Assembly (NCBI GenBank): GCA_026397255.1
Contig: JAPLVF010000014.1
Span: 1 to 59,023, forward strand
Direction: 5' to 3'
Source of the DNA: Candidatus Beckwithbacteria bacterium
GTDB taxonomy: Bacteria > Patescibacteriota > Microgenomatia > UBA1400 > CG1-02-47-37
Length of the DNA stretch: 59,023 bases
In this document: positions 34,531 through 42,348 of the stretch, piece by piece
How the letters are laid out: each line of letters opens with the position of its first letter
Numbering within the stretch: position 1 is the stretch's first letter
The notes under the pieces: model-generated
What the model saw: only the letters and a program-made list of their open reading frames with translations
The model's database searches: none
What the model was told of the DNA's origin: nothing
Translations under genes and position numbers: made by a program

Positions 34531-35165
34531 GTTTGATTGTTTTTGAGGGCATCGACGGTTCGGGGAAATCGACCCAGGTACAAATGCTCTTTAATTATTT
34601 AAAGAGCAAAAAAGTTAAGGTCGAAAAGTTGGATTTTCCCCGCTATGATTGTTTTTTCGGGAAAATAATCCATTTTATTTTGCATCAAAAATGGGGGAAA
34701 GAAATCAGTCCGTACTGGGTGGCGTGGCTCTTCGCGACTGACAGATTATTGGCAAAGAGAATGATTAATAATTGGCTGAAAGCGGGCAAGACGGTTTTAA
34801 TTGATCGGTATACCGGCTCCAGCCAAGCCCACCAGGGGGCGAAATTAAAAGGAAAAGAAAGGGAGAAAATAATTAATTGGATTGAAAGGTTGGAAGATCA
34901 ATGGTACGGATTGCCGAAGGCGGACGAGGTGTTTTGGTTAAAGATGCCGGCTCAAGTTACCAGCCAGTTAATCAGCGGCCGGAAACGGGAGAAAGATGAA
35001 GCAGAGAAAGACTTGGAACACCAGCGTCAGGCGTTTGAAATTTATCAGCAGTTGGCAAAAAGAAAAAAATGGCAGATAATTAATTCCCTGGATAAAAATA
35101 ATCAACTTTTATCAGCGCAAAAAATTCATGAAGAAATTATCTCTCGACTTTGCTCGAGATTATAA
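34527..35165 (+). CDS. tmk: Thymidylate kinase
   Basis: MSLIVFEGIDGSGKSTQ P-loop and DRYTGSS. ATGA overlap with the upstream gene. Confidence 0.85.
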   Translation: MSLIVFEGIDGSGKSTQVQMLFNYLKSKKVKVEKLDFPRYDCFFGKIIHFILHQKWGKEISPYWVAWLFATDRLLAKRMINNWLKAGKTVLIDRYTGSSQAHQGAKLKGKEREKIINWIERLEDQWYGLPKADEVFWLKMPAQVTSQLISGRKREKDEAEKDLEHQRQAFEIYQQLAKRKKWQIINSLDKNNQLLSAQKIHEEIISRLCSRL

Positions 35166-35571
35166 ACCAGAATTAATTAAACAAGCGATTGAAGCGTCGA
35201 AGAATTTTTACGCGCCGTATTCCAAGTATCAGGTCGGGGCGGCGTTATTAACTGTTGGCGGCGAGATTTTTTCCTCCTGTAATGTGGAAGTTTGTTCTTA
35301 TGGTTTGACTGATTGTGCCGAGTCAAGTTTAATTTCTAAGGCAGTCAGCGAAGGTATGGTGAAAAAATACGGCCGGAAATTTATTAAAGCGGTAGCGATA
35401 GTGACTAAGAACGGCGGTATGTCCTGCGGCCGTTGCCGGCAGAGAATAGCCGAACATTGTGATGATTGTGAAATTATCAGCGGGAATTTAAAAGGTAAAA
35501 TTTTAAAAATAACGAGTTTGAAAAAAATGTTGCCGGAAGCGTTTACGCCGACTTCGCTGGGGATAGAGTAA
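35128..35571 (+). CDS. cdd: Cytidine deaminase
   Basis: YSKYQVGAAL, the zinc ligands C-A-E (DCAESS) and CGRCRQ. Confidence 0.8.
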   Translation: MKKLSLDFARDYKPELIKQAIEASKNFYAPYSKYQVGAALLTVGGEIFSSCNVEVCSYGLTDCAESSLISKAVSEGMVKKYGRKFIKAVAIVTKNGGMSCGRCRQRIAEHCDDCEIISGNLKGKILKITSLKKMLPEAFTPTSLGIE

Positions 35572-35767
35572 TATCGATTTTGCCTTCAGGAGTGATCATT
35601 AGTTTTTTTGCTTCCAATAATTGCTTAAGGGCAACTTTTGATGCTCCAGGTGCCAAAGGCGTACCATTAGCTAATTGCTGTTGTCCGATTAATTCAGTGG
35701 CTTTAAAGGCGCTTTTGTTAAAAATTGTTACTGCTAGATTAGCGGCCCATTCTGGAATTTGTGGCAT
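35543..35767 (-). CDS. Possible small protein (74 aa) on the opposite strand between cdd and the nucleoside phosphorylase
   Basis: Fills a gap of about 220 nt. A plus-strand ORF of the same size competes for the region. No motif recognised. Confidence 0.3.
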   Translation of the reverse strand: MPQIPEWAANLAVTIFNKSAFKATELIGQQQLANGTPLAPGASKVALKQLLEAKKLMITPEGKIDITLSPAKSA

Positions 35768-35793
35768 AGACTTTTTTAGACTATACTCTTATT

Positions 35794-36582
35794 ATGAGCT
35801 TTAAGTCAAGTTCGGCGGAAAAACCGACCGAAAAAGGTTTGCAGTATCATATCCGGTTAAAAGCCGGGGATATTCCGCCTTTTGTGTTGATGCCGGGAGA
35901 TCCGAAACGGGTCGTGAAAATCGCCTCTTTGTGGGATAAAAATCAGTTTGTGGCTGATTACCGGCAGTATGTGACTTACAAAGGTGAGTATCACGGGGTA
36001 AAGTTGGCCTGTGTTTCCAGCGGGATCGGCTCGCCGGCATTGGCGATTGCCTTGGAAGAGTTGGTAAGAATTGGTACTAAGACAGTGATTCGGGTGGGGA
36101 CGTGCGGCAGTTTACAGCCGGAGATGTATCCGGGTGATTTAGTGATTACGACCGGGGCGGTGCGATTGGACGGGGCGTCGAAAGATTATGTGATTCCGGA
36201 ATATCCGGCCGTAGCGGATTATCGGGTGGTGGAAGCTTTAATTAAAGCTTCCAAAAAATTAAAGGTTAAATATCATGTTGGCATTACCGCTTCGACCGAT
36301 ACATTTTATTGTGGGCAGGGGCGGTCGGGATTTAATGATTATTTGCCTAGCCATAAAGAGAATATTTTTAAAGATATGCAAAAAGCGAGAGTGAAAAACT
36401 TTGAGATGGAAGGCGGGTGTTTGTTAACGTTAGCGTCAGTGTTCGGTATCAGCGCGGGCATGGTTTGTGTGGTGGTGGCTGACAGGGTTCATAATCAGTT
36501 TAAAATTACCGATGAAATGGAACAATCGGCAGCCTTAGTGGCCAGTGAAGCAATTAGGCTCTTGCAAATAAAATATAAATAG
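35794..36582 (+). CDS. PNP/UDP-1 family nucleoside phosphorylase (Udp/DeoD-like)
   Basis: MPGDPKRV, RVGTCGSL and NFEMEGG motifs. Confidence 0.8.
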   Translation: MSFKSSSAEKPTEKGLQYHIRLKAGDIPPFVLMPGDPKRVVKIASLWDKNQFVADYRQYVTYKGEYHGVKLACVSSGIGSPALAIALEELVRIGTKTVIRVGTCGSLQPEMYPGDLVITTGAVRLDGASKDYVIPEYPAVADYRVVEALIKASKKLKVKYHVGITASTDTFYCGQGRSGFNDYLPSHKENIFKDMQKARVKNFEMEGGCLLTLASVFGISAGMVCVVVADRVHNQFKITDEMEQSAALVASEAIRLLQIKYK

Positions 36583-36773
36583 TTTAAATAATTAAGTATG
36601 TTTCCTGATAGATTGCCGGAAATTAAAAGAGACAGAATTGATCCTGAATTAAAATCTGATTTACCCGGGACGGTTTCGGGAAGCACAGGGATGTCAGAAG
36701 AGACGGCTCAAGTTTATAAAACAGTAAAAGTTAGTGACGGGAATCTTGGACAAGCAGATAAATTAATTCCCGC

Positions 36774-36802
36774 TTGACAAGAAAAATTAATTTTAGTATT
36801 GT
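36774..36802 (+). promoter_or_regulatory. Sigma70-like promoter TTGACA-17-TATTGT for the pyr operon leader
   Basis: TTGACA at 36774-36779, TATTGT at 36797-36802. Confidence 0.5.
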
Positions 36803-36806
36803 TAAA

Positions 36807-36843
36807 TCCCAGAGCTATGAAACATAATTCTGGGAGTTTTTTT
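36807..36843 (+). terminator. Leader hairpin 1 plus U7 (attenuator candidate)
   Basis: TCCCAGA (36807-36813) pairs with TCTGGGA (29-35), followed by TTTTTTT (36837-36843). Confidence 0.45.
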
Positions 36844-36867
36844 ATCATAAAATTAACAGGAGGTAAC

Positions 36868-36889
36868 CCCGCGAGAGCGGGATTTTTTT
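36868..36889 (+). terminator. Leader hairpin 2 (CCCGC-GAGA-GCGGG) plus U7
   Basis: 5-bp GC stem with a GNRA loop, followed by TTTTTTT (36883-36889). Confidence 0.45.
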
Positions 36890-36907
36890 CCGCCAAAGGC
36901 GGACAAG
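36883..36907 (+). promoter_or_regulatory. 25-nt leader motif TTTTTTTCCGCCAAAGGCGGACAAG (copy 1), ending 1 nt before the start codon
   Basis: 24 of 25 nt identical to 43471-43495. Contains the hairpin CCGCC-AAA-GGCGG. Confidence 0.7.
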
Positions 36908-36908
36908 T

Positions 36909-38351
36909 ATGAAAAAAATAAACTTTAACGACCATTTTGCCAATTTAACCAAGATTAATGCCAGCTTGAATAATGGGGCCAGGGAAAACTATCAAAAAAC
37001 CGGGCTAACTTATGTGGATGTGCCGGAAATTGTGGGTATTACCGGCGCCTGCGAGAATGTGGATACTTTATTTAAGGTCGGTAACCGCTTAGATATTCCT
37101 TTGTTTTTTACCCAAACCGGCCAGCTTTCTTTAGAGCAGGCCTTGCAATCGTTTCACGGGGCTTTTACGGTGATTCATTCCGGCCGGGATGAAGAAGTGG
37201 AAGACGAACGGCATCTAAGACAATTTCGCCTGACGGAAGAAGAGTTTGACTGCACTTTGGCAGGAATGACCAGAAAAAATTACGATGAAGAAAAAATGTT
37301 TGAGGCGCTTTTACAGCATATCCAAAAAGCGATTCAGGGGATGATTAAAGCGGTTCTAAAAGACAATAAAACAATTCTTAAAAAGTTCTATGACCGGGAT
37401 ATTCTCAAGTTGGAGCAGGCCGCCAAAGTTAATTTTTTAAGAATTAATTACGAAGAGGCGGTTAAGCTGTTAAATAAACACGGTTTTAATAAATTAAAGT
37501 TTGGCGATGACTTAAAAGCTGATCACGAACAAATGGTGGTGAAATTACTAAACAAAAAAGGTTCAGAATTGCCGGTGTTTATCATGCGTTATCCCAAAGA
37601 AATTAAGTTTTTCAACATGAAGGTATCGAATAAAGATCCGCGGGTGGTTTTGTCGGCCGATTTAATCCTGCCCCATAGCGGTGAAGCGACCGGTTCGGCA
37701 GTGCGGGAACATGATTTTAATAAACTAAACCAGCGCTTACTGACATCAACGATGTACCGGCTGCATTTACAACGGGGTGGGGTTTATGCAGACTTTGGCT
37801 GGTATTTAAAGATTATTAAAGGTCAGGGGACGAATCCTCATGCCGGTTATGGTATCGGTAATGAACGCGTAATGCAGTATATTTTCGGGGAAAAAGATAT
37901 TAGGAATGTTTCCTTGTTTTCCCAGCTTAATAAGCAGTCACAGGATTGGCACGAAAAGCGCTATGGACAGGCAGCGCTGTACAGTATTGATAAAAAACAG
38001 CTGCTGTTAACGATCGGTAAATTAAGCGACAAAAAGAAACTTTTGCCTTATATTGCCAAATTAAATAAAAATTTTACCCTTTATGCGACCCAAAAAACGC
38101 ATGAATTTTTGAAAACTAAAGGAATTAAAACTGCCATGGTGCATAAAATTTCGGCGATCGGCCAAAAGCCGAACATCGGCGATTTATTAACCCGTCGGGT
38201 GTTTGACTTAGTGATTAATATCCCTCAAGGAAAGTCGGACGAGTTAACTGATGGTAAGCTGATCCGCCGGGCCTCGGCCGAAGCGGGAATATCCTTGATA
38301 ACCGATATGCCAATGGCTAAGCTAGTGTTAGAAAATCTATGCCGACACTAA
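36909..38351 (+). CDS. Class II aaRS-core / AsnA-like ligase (no anticodon-binding domain) fused to a C-terminal MGS-like domain
   Basis: Motif 2-like HLRQFRLTEEEF and motif 3-like HAGYGIGNERVMQYIFG. C-terminal LLLTIGKLSDKKKLL..LYATQKTHEFLKTKGIKTAMVHKI..FDLVINIP..GKLIRRASAEAGISLITD resembles the CarB C-terminal/MGS fold. Confidence 0.65.
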   Translation: MKKINFNDHFANLTKINASLNNGARENYQKTGLTYVDVPEIVGITGACENVDTLFKVGNRLDIPLFFTQTGQLSLEQALQSFHGAFTVIHSGRDEEVEDERHLRQFRLTEEEFDCTLAGMTRKNYDEEKMFEALLQHIQKAIQGMIKAVLKDNKTILKKFYDRDILKLEQAAKVNFLRINYEEAVKLLNKHGFNKLKFGDDLKADHEQMVVKLLNKKGSELPVFIMRYPKEIKFFNMKVSNKDPRVVLSADLILPHSGEATGSAVREHDFNKLNQRLLTSTMYRLHLQRGGVYADFGWYLKIIKGQGTNPHAGYGIGNERVMQYIFGEKDIRNVSLFSQLNKQSQDWHEKRYGQAALYSIDKKQLLLTIGKLSDKKKLLPYIAKLNKNFTLYATQKTHEFLKTKGIKTAMVHKISAIGQKPNIGDLLTRRVFDLVINIPQGKSDELTDGKLIRRASAEAGISLITDMPMAKLVLENLCRH

Positions 38352-39259
38352 AAGTTAATTTTTTAGGCGTTAGTTTTCCTAATCCATTAGTATTGCCGTC
38401 GGGGATTCTACAGGAGATTCCCGGCCACATGGTGGCCGTAAAAGCCGGGGTGGGCGGGGTGACGTTAAAATCTTTAACCCGTGAAAAACGGGAAGGAAAC
38501 CCAATGCCGCGGGTAATCAAATATGAATCTGGGATTTTAAACTCAGTCGGTTTAAGAAATCCGGGGATTGATAAGGGAATAGAATTGGCGGGTGAGTTTA
38601 TTAAAGTTTGTCCGGTGCCGGTAATTGTCAGCATTTTCAGTGTCAAAACCAGCGAGTTTGCTGAGTTAGCTAAAAAAGCTTTGGTGATTAAACCCCAGTT
38701 TTTAGAATTAAACTTATCTTGTCCGAATGCGGTGAACGAAATGGGTCAACCTTTGGGAATGGGGGTTGATTCAACAACTGCGGCAGTCAAAGCGGTTAAA
38801 AAAACAGTTGGCGCAAAAGTTAAATTAATTGCTAAGTTGTCACCGAATGTGATCAATATCGGCGAAGTGGCTAAGGCAGCGGAGGCAAGCGGTGCGGATG
38901 CGATTTGCGCGATTAATACGGTTGGTCCGGGCATGGTGATTGATATTAAAACCAGAAAGCCGATGTTGGGCAATTTAATCGGCGGTGTGTCCGGTCCGGG
39001 AATCCGGCCAGTGGCGGTTAAATGCGTTTGGGAAATTTATAAATCAGTTAAGTTGCCGATTATCGGTATGGGCGGAGTGGAGAAGGCTCGTGATGTAGTG
39101 GAAATGATGCTGGCCGGAGCGACGTTAGTCGGCGTCGGTTCAGCCATGTACCGCCACGGTTTTGAGGTTTATGAAAAAATTAAAGCTGATTTGGTTAAAT
39201 ATATGGAGGATAATAAAATTAATAAATTAGCAGAAATTATTGGAGGTGTCCATGAGTAA
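38339..39259 (+). CDS. pyrD: Dihydroorotate dehydrogenase, class 1 catalytic subunit
   Basis: FPNPLVLPSG, LNLSCPN (active-site Cys), IGGVSGPGIRP and MGGV..A.D..E...AGA. Confidence 0.9.
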   Translation: MPTLKVNFLGVSFPNPLVLPSGILQEIPGHMVAVKAGVGGVTLKSLTREKREGNPMPRVIKYESGILNSVGLRNPGIDKGIELAGEFIKVCPVPVIVSIFSVKTSEFAELAKKALVIKPQFLELNLSCPNAVNEMGQPLGMGVDSTTAAVKAVKKTVGAKVKLIAKLSPNVINIGEVAKAAEASGADAICAINTVGPGMVIDIKTRKPMLGNLIGGVSGPGIRPVAVKCVWEIYKSVKLPIIGMGGVEKARDVVEMMLAGATLVGVGSAMYRHGFEVYEKIKADLVKYMEDNKINKLAEIIGGVHE

Positions 39260-39881
39260 AATATTAACAATTTTAAAAAGAACTAAGGCAATTACGACTG
39301 ACAGCCATATTGTTTTAACTTCCGGAAAACACAGCAGTAAATATTTAAATAAAGATGCGTTGTATCCGCATACAAAAGAAGTTTCGCGCGTGGGAAAGAT
39401 GATTGCTCAAAAATATAAAGATAAAGAAATTGATGCCGTGATCGGGCCAGCCATGGGGGGAATAATCTTATCCCAGTGGACGGCTTACCACTTAACTAAA
39501 TTAAAAAGAAAAGAAATTTTAGGCGGGTATAGTGAAAAAGATGAACAAAACAATCAAATTTTTCGGCGAGGTTATGATCAGTTGGTTAAGAATAGAAAAG
39601 TCTTAGTGGTGGAGGACTTTACGACGACTGGCGGTTCGGTAAAAAAGACCGTGGATAGCGTGAAGGCTTTGGGGGGGGAAGTGGTGGGAGTTTGCGTGAT
39701 GGTGAATCGTGACCCTAAAAATGTAACGGCAAAAGTAATCGGAGCACCGTTTACTTCTTTAGGAATTTTCAGTGCCGATGCTTATGAGGAAAAATTCTGC
39801 CCGATGTGTAAAGCTAAAATGCCGGTTAATACTACCCTTGGTCATGGCCGGGAATATTTAAAAAAGAAAGCGGGAAAATGA
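39252..39881 (+). CDS. pyrE: Orotate phosphoribosyltransferase
   Basis: PRPP loop VLVVEDFTTTGGS. GGAGG sits 6 nt upstream of ATG 39252. Confidence 0.85.
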   Translation: MSKILTILKRTKAITTDSHIVLTSGKHSSKYLNKDALYPHTKEVSRVGKMIAQKYKDKEIDAVIGPAMGGIILSQWTAYHLTKLKRKEILGGYSEKDEQNNQIFRRGYDQLVKNRKVLVVEDFTTTGGSVKKTVDSVKALGGEVVGVCVMVNRDPKNVTAKVIGAPFTSLGIFSADAYEEKFCPMCKAKMPVNTTLGHGREYLKKKAGK

Positions 39882-40618
39882 ACTTTCAGGACAAGCTGGA
39901 CAAAATTGTTGCCAAAAATAATTCACTTCTTTGCGTAGGGTTGGACCAGGGAGAATGGGAGTTTAACCAGAAAATTATTGACCAAACCCATGATTTGGTG
40001 TGTGCTTATAAGCCTAATTTTGCTTTTTACGAAGCGTTGGGAATCAGAGGCTGGGAAAATTTAAAAAAAACAGTGGAATATATAAAAACATTCCACTCCG
40101 GAGTGGTAGTAATTGCTGATGCCAAGCGGGCGGATATCGGTAATACTAACGAGGGATACGTCAAGTCAATTTTTGATGATTTAGGATTTGATGCGGTGAC
40201 GGTTAACCCGTATTTTGGCCGGGAAGCGCTCCAGCCGTTTTTAGACCGAGCGGATAAGGGGATTATCATTTTATGTAAAACTTCTAATCCGGGTAGTGGT
40301 GAATTCCAGGACTTAGTTTGGGAAAAAGTTGCCAGAAATGTGGTCAATGATTGGAATAAAAATAACAACTGTTTGTTAGTGGCGGGGGCGACTTATCCGG
40401 AAGAATTAGCCAAAATCAGAAAAATTGCGGGGGAAATGACGCTATTAGTGCCGGGAATCGGGGAGCAGGGCGGGGATGTCGAAAAGACGGTTAAAGCCGG
40501 ATTAAACCGTCAGAAAGCCGGTATGATTATTAATTCTTCGCGCGGGATAATTTTTAGTGAAAATCCCCGCTTGGAAGCGCAAAAATTAAGAGATAGAATT
40601 AATCAATACCGCCAATGA
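39878..40618 (+). CDS. pyrF: Orotidine-5'-phosphate decarboxylase
   Basis: LCVGLD and IADAKRADIGNT (DxKxxD) motifs. ATGA overlaps at both ends. Confidence 0.85.
   Translation: MNFQDKLDKIVAKNNSLLCVGLDQGEWEFNQKIIDQTHDLVCAYKPNFAFYEALGIRGWENLKKTVEYIKTFHSGVVVIADAKRADIGNTNEGYVKSIFDDLGFDAVTVNPYFGREALQPFLDRADKGIIILCKTSNPGSGEFQDLVWEKVARNVVNDWNKNNNCLLVAGATYPEELAKIRKIAGEMTLLVPGIGEQGGDVEKTVKAGLNRQKAGMIINSSRGIIFSENPRLEAQKLRDRINQYRQ
40082..40116. repeat. 35-nt segment with an 18-nt palindrome core (family C copy 1) inside pyrF
   Basis: ATAAAAACATTCCACTCCGGAGTGGTAGTAATTGC is 33 of 35 nt identical to 42772-42806 in guaB, in the same reading frame (FHSGVVVIA). Confidence 0.85.
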
Positions 40619-41454
40619 AATACAAAATTGTCAGCGCTAAACCAAAAGAAAAACTGGATGTTGCCAAATTAATAAAATATCCGAAAGATTTTCACGGCTC
40701 GACGAAAGTTGATCATTTAGTTAAATTCGGGGATTCGTTTGTCAGTTTAATTGGTAAAAGCGAGGCGGATTTGCCTAAAGATGGAGTGGTGATTTTGGAA
40801 CATGATTTTGACGAAGCCAGAAAATTAATGGATAAGATTAATGAGTTGGCCCAACAGGTAATCAGCGACGCGACTAAATATGACGATGTTGGTTTTTGCC
40901 GGGAATACTTTAATTTGGCTCAAGCTGGTTACAGAATGCTGGATAAATATAAACCGGTGGGAATACCTGTTAGTTTAGAGCGGGCCGGATTAGTAACAAC
41001 CAGACTGGTTTTAGGGGTAGACAGAGATGCGGTGATTGAGAATGAGCAGCGGGTAGTGACTAAGCGAACACATCTTGTTGCCGAGCCGGACACAAATTTG
41101 TCGGTCACGGTTCAGTGGCGGGATATCCCTAAGCTAAAACAAATCTCAAGCCGGGAAATTCTTTTAAGCGATTTTGTTAATCCGGCCTCCGGAGCTTCCG
41201 GGCTGGCTTTTATTGTGGCGGCTCAGGCCAAAGGCCTAGCCGTAGCGAAAATTAACCATCGGTCAATCAGCTGTACCCGGCAAGGATTGATTTTTACCAG
41301 AAAAACATTAGCCGATATGGGGATTAAAAGTAGTTTTACAAGTGTGGGTGAAGCGAACGAATTAAATGAAATGTATTATTTAACCGGCCAGAGGGCGGTC
41401 GCCGATGCCGGGCACTTATTGCGTCACTTCCTACCCAAGTGGTATAAACAGTAG
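40615..41454 (+). CDS. Uracil-phosphoribosyltransferase-like protein with an N-terminal extension of about 90 aa
   Basis: LLSDFVNPASGASG resembles the Upp PRPP-binding loop (DPMLATGGS), and the C-terminal YYLTGQRAV.DAG resembles the uracil-binding region. Sequence is divergent. Confidence 0.55.
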   Translation: MKYKIVSAKPKEKLDVAKLIKYPKDFHGSTKVDHLVKFGDSFVSLIGKSEADLPKDGVVILEHDFDEARKLMDKINELAQQVISDATKYDDVGFCREYFNLAQAGYRMLDKYKPVGIPVSLERAGLVTTRLVLGVDRDAVIENEQRVVTKRTHLVAEPDTNLSVTVQWRDIPKLKQISSREILLSDFVNPASGASGLAFIVAAQAKGLAVAKINHRSISCTRQGLIFTRKTLADMGIKSSFTSVGEANELNEMYYLTGQRAVADAGHLLRHFLPKWYKQ

Positions 41455-41456
41455 AT

Positions 41457-42344
41457 ATGTTGGTTTTTTCCGGCACTTCAAATAAGTTATTGGCAGCCAG
41501 GTTAGCTAAAGCGTTAAAAACGAGACTGGGAAAAATTGAATTATCTAAGTTTCCGAATGACGAAATCAGAGTGTGGGTGACAGAAAAAAATGTGGGCAAG
41601 CGAGCCGTGGTGGTGCAGTCTTTGTCGCATCGGACAGACAACCATTTGATGCAATTTTGCTTGATTTGCGATGCTTTAAAAAGAAAAGGGGTTAATAAAA
41701 TTATTGCGGTGATTCCCTGGATGGGTTATTCCAAACAGGATAAAGCTTTCCGGCCGGGCGAGCCGTTATCAGCTCAGGTGGTCGCTAAAATGTTAGAAGT
41801 AACACAGTTAACAAAAATAATTACTTATGATTTACACAAACCGGAGATTGCCAGATTTTTCAAAACTAAAGTAATTAATTTGTCCGGCAGAAGAGTTTTT
41901 CGGGAGTATTTTAAAAATAAAGTCGATCAAAATACGGTCGTGGTGGCGCCGGATGAAGGAGCCCGTAATTCCTCCAAGCGGTTTGCTTATGATTTAAAGG
42001 CACATGTGGCCTACATTAAGAAAAAAAGAGATTTAAATACCGGCAAAGTCACGGTTAGAGGCATCAGCCGGAGCGTGGCCGGTAAGAAAATTCTCATTAA
42101 AGATGACATGATTGCTACCGGCAGCACTTTAATCGAAGCGGCTAAATTTTTAAAAACCCAAAACGTGGCGTCGATTGCCGTGGCCGCGACGCACCATTTG
42201 TATTTGCCGGGAGTGCAGGAAAAGTTAGACCAAAGCGGGATTACCAACTTAGTGGTGACGGATACGGTCGAGCCAAAAGCACGATCAAAAAAACTAACGG
42301 TGGTGAGTGTGGCGGAAATGATTGCTAAAGAAATTAGAAACTGA
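41457..42344 (+). CDS. prs: Ribose-phosphate pyrophosphokinase (PRPP synthetase)
   Basis: FPNDEIRV, PWMGYSKQDK, TYDLH and DDMIATGSTL. Confidence 0.9.
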   Translation: MLVFSGTSNKLLAARLAKALKTRLGKIELSKFPNDEIRVWVTEKNVGKRAVVVQSLSHRTDNHLMQFCLICDALKRKGVNKIIAVIPWMGYSKQDKAFRPGEPLSAQVVAKMLEVTQLTKIITYDLHKPEIARFFKTKVINLSGRRVFREYFKNKVDQNTVVVAPDEGARNSSKRFAYDLKAHVAYIKKKRDLNTGKVTVRGISRSVAGKKILIKDDMIATGSTLIEAAKFLKTQNVASIAVAATHHLYLPGVQEKLDQSGITNLVVTDTVEPKARSKKLTVVSVAEMIAKEIRN

Positions 42345-42348
42345 TTTG

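Noticed and set aside
35580-35804. 74-aa plus-strand ORF between cdd and the nucleoside phosphorylase
   Set aside because: It is Cys/Ala-rich low-complexity sequence that overlaps the phosphorylase start, and looks like a mirror of the minus-strand ORF. The minus-strand candidate is kept at low confidence instead.
36598-36777. 59-codon plus-strand ORF (MFPDRLPEIKRDR...) in the gap between the phosphorylase gene and the pyr leader
   Set aside because: It has no SD and no -10 box at leaderless distance. Two antisense ORFs of similar size compete for the region, and I recognise no motif. I cannot support it as a gene, though the 326-nt gap remains partly unexplained.
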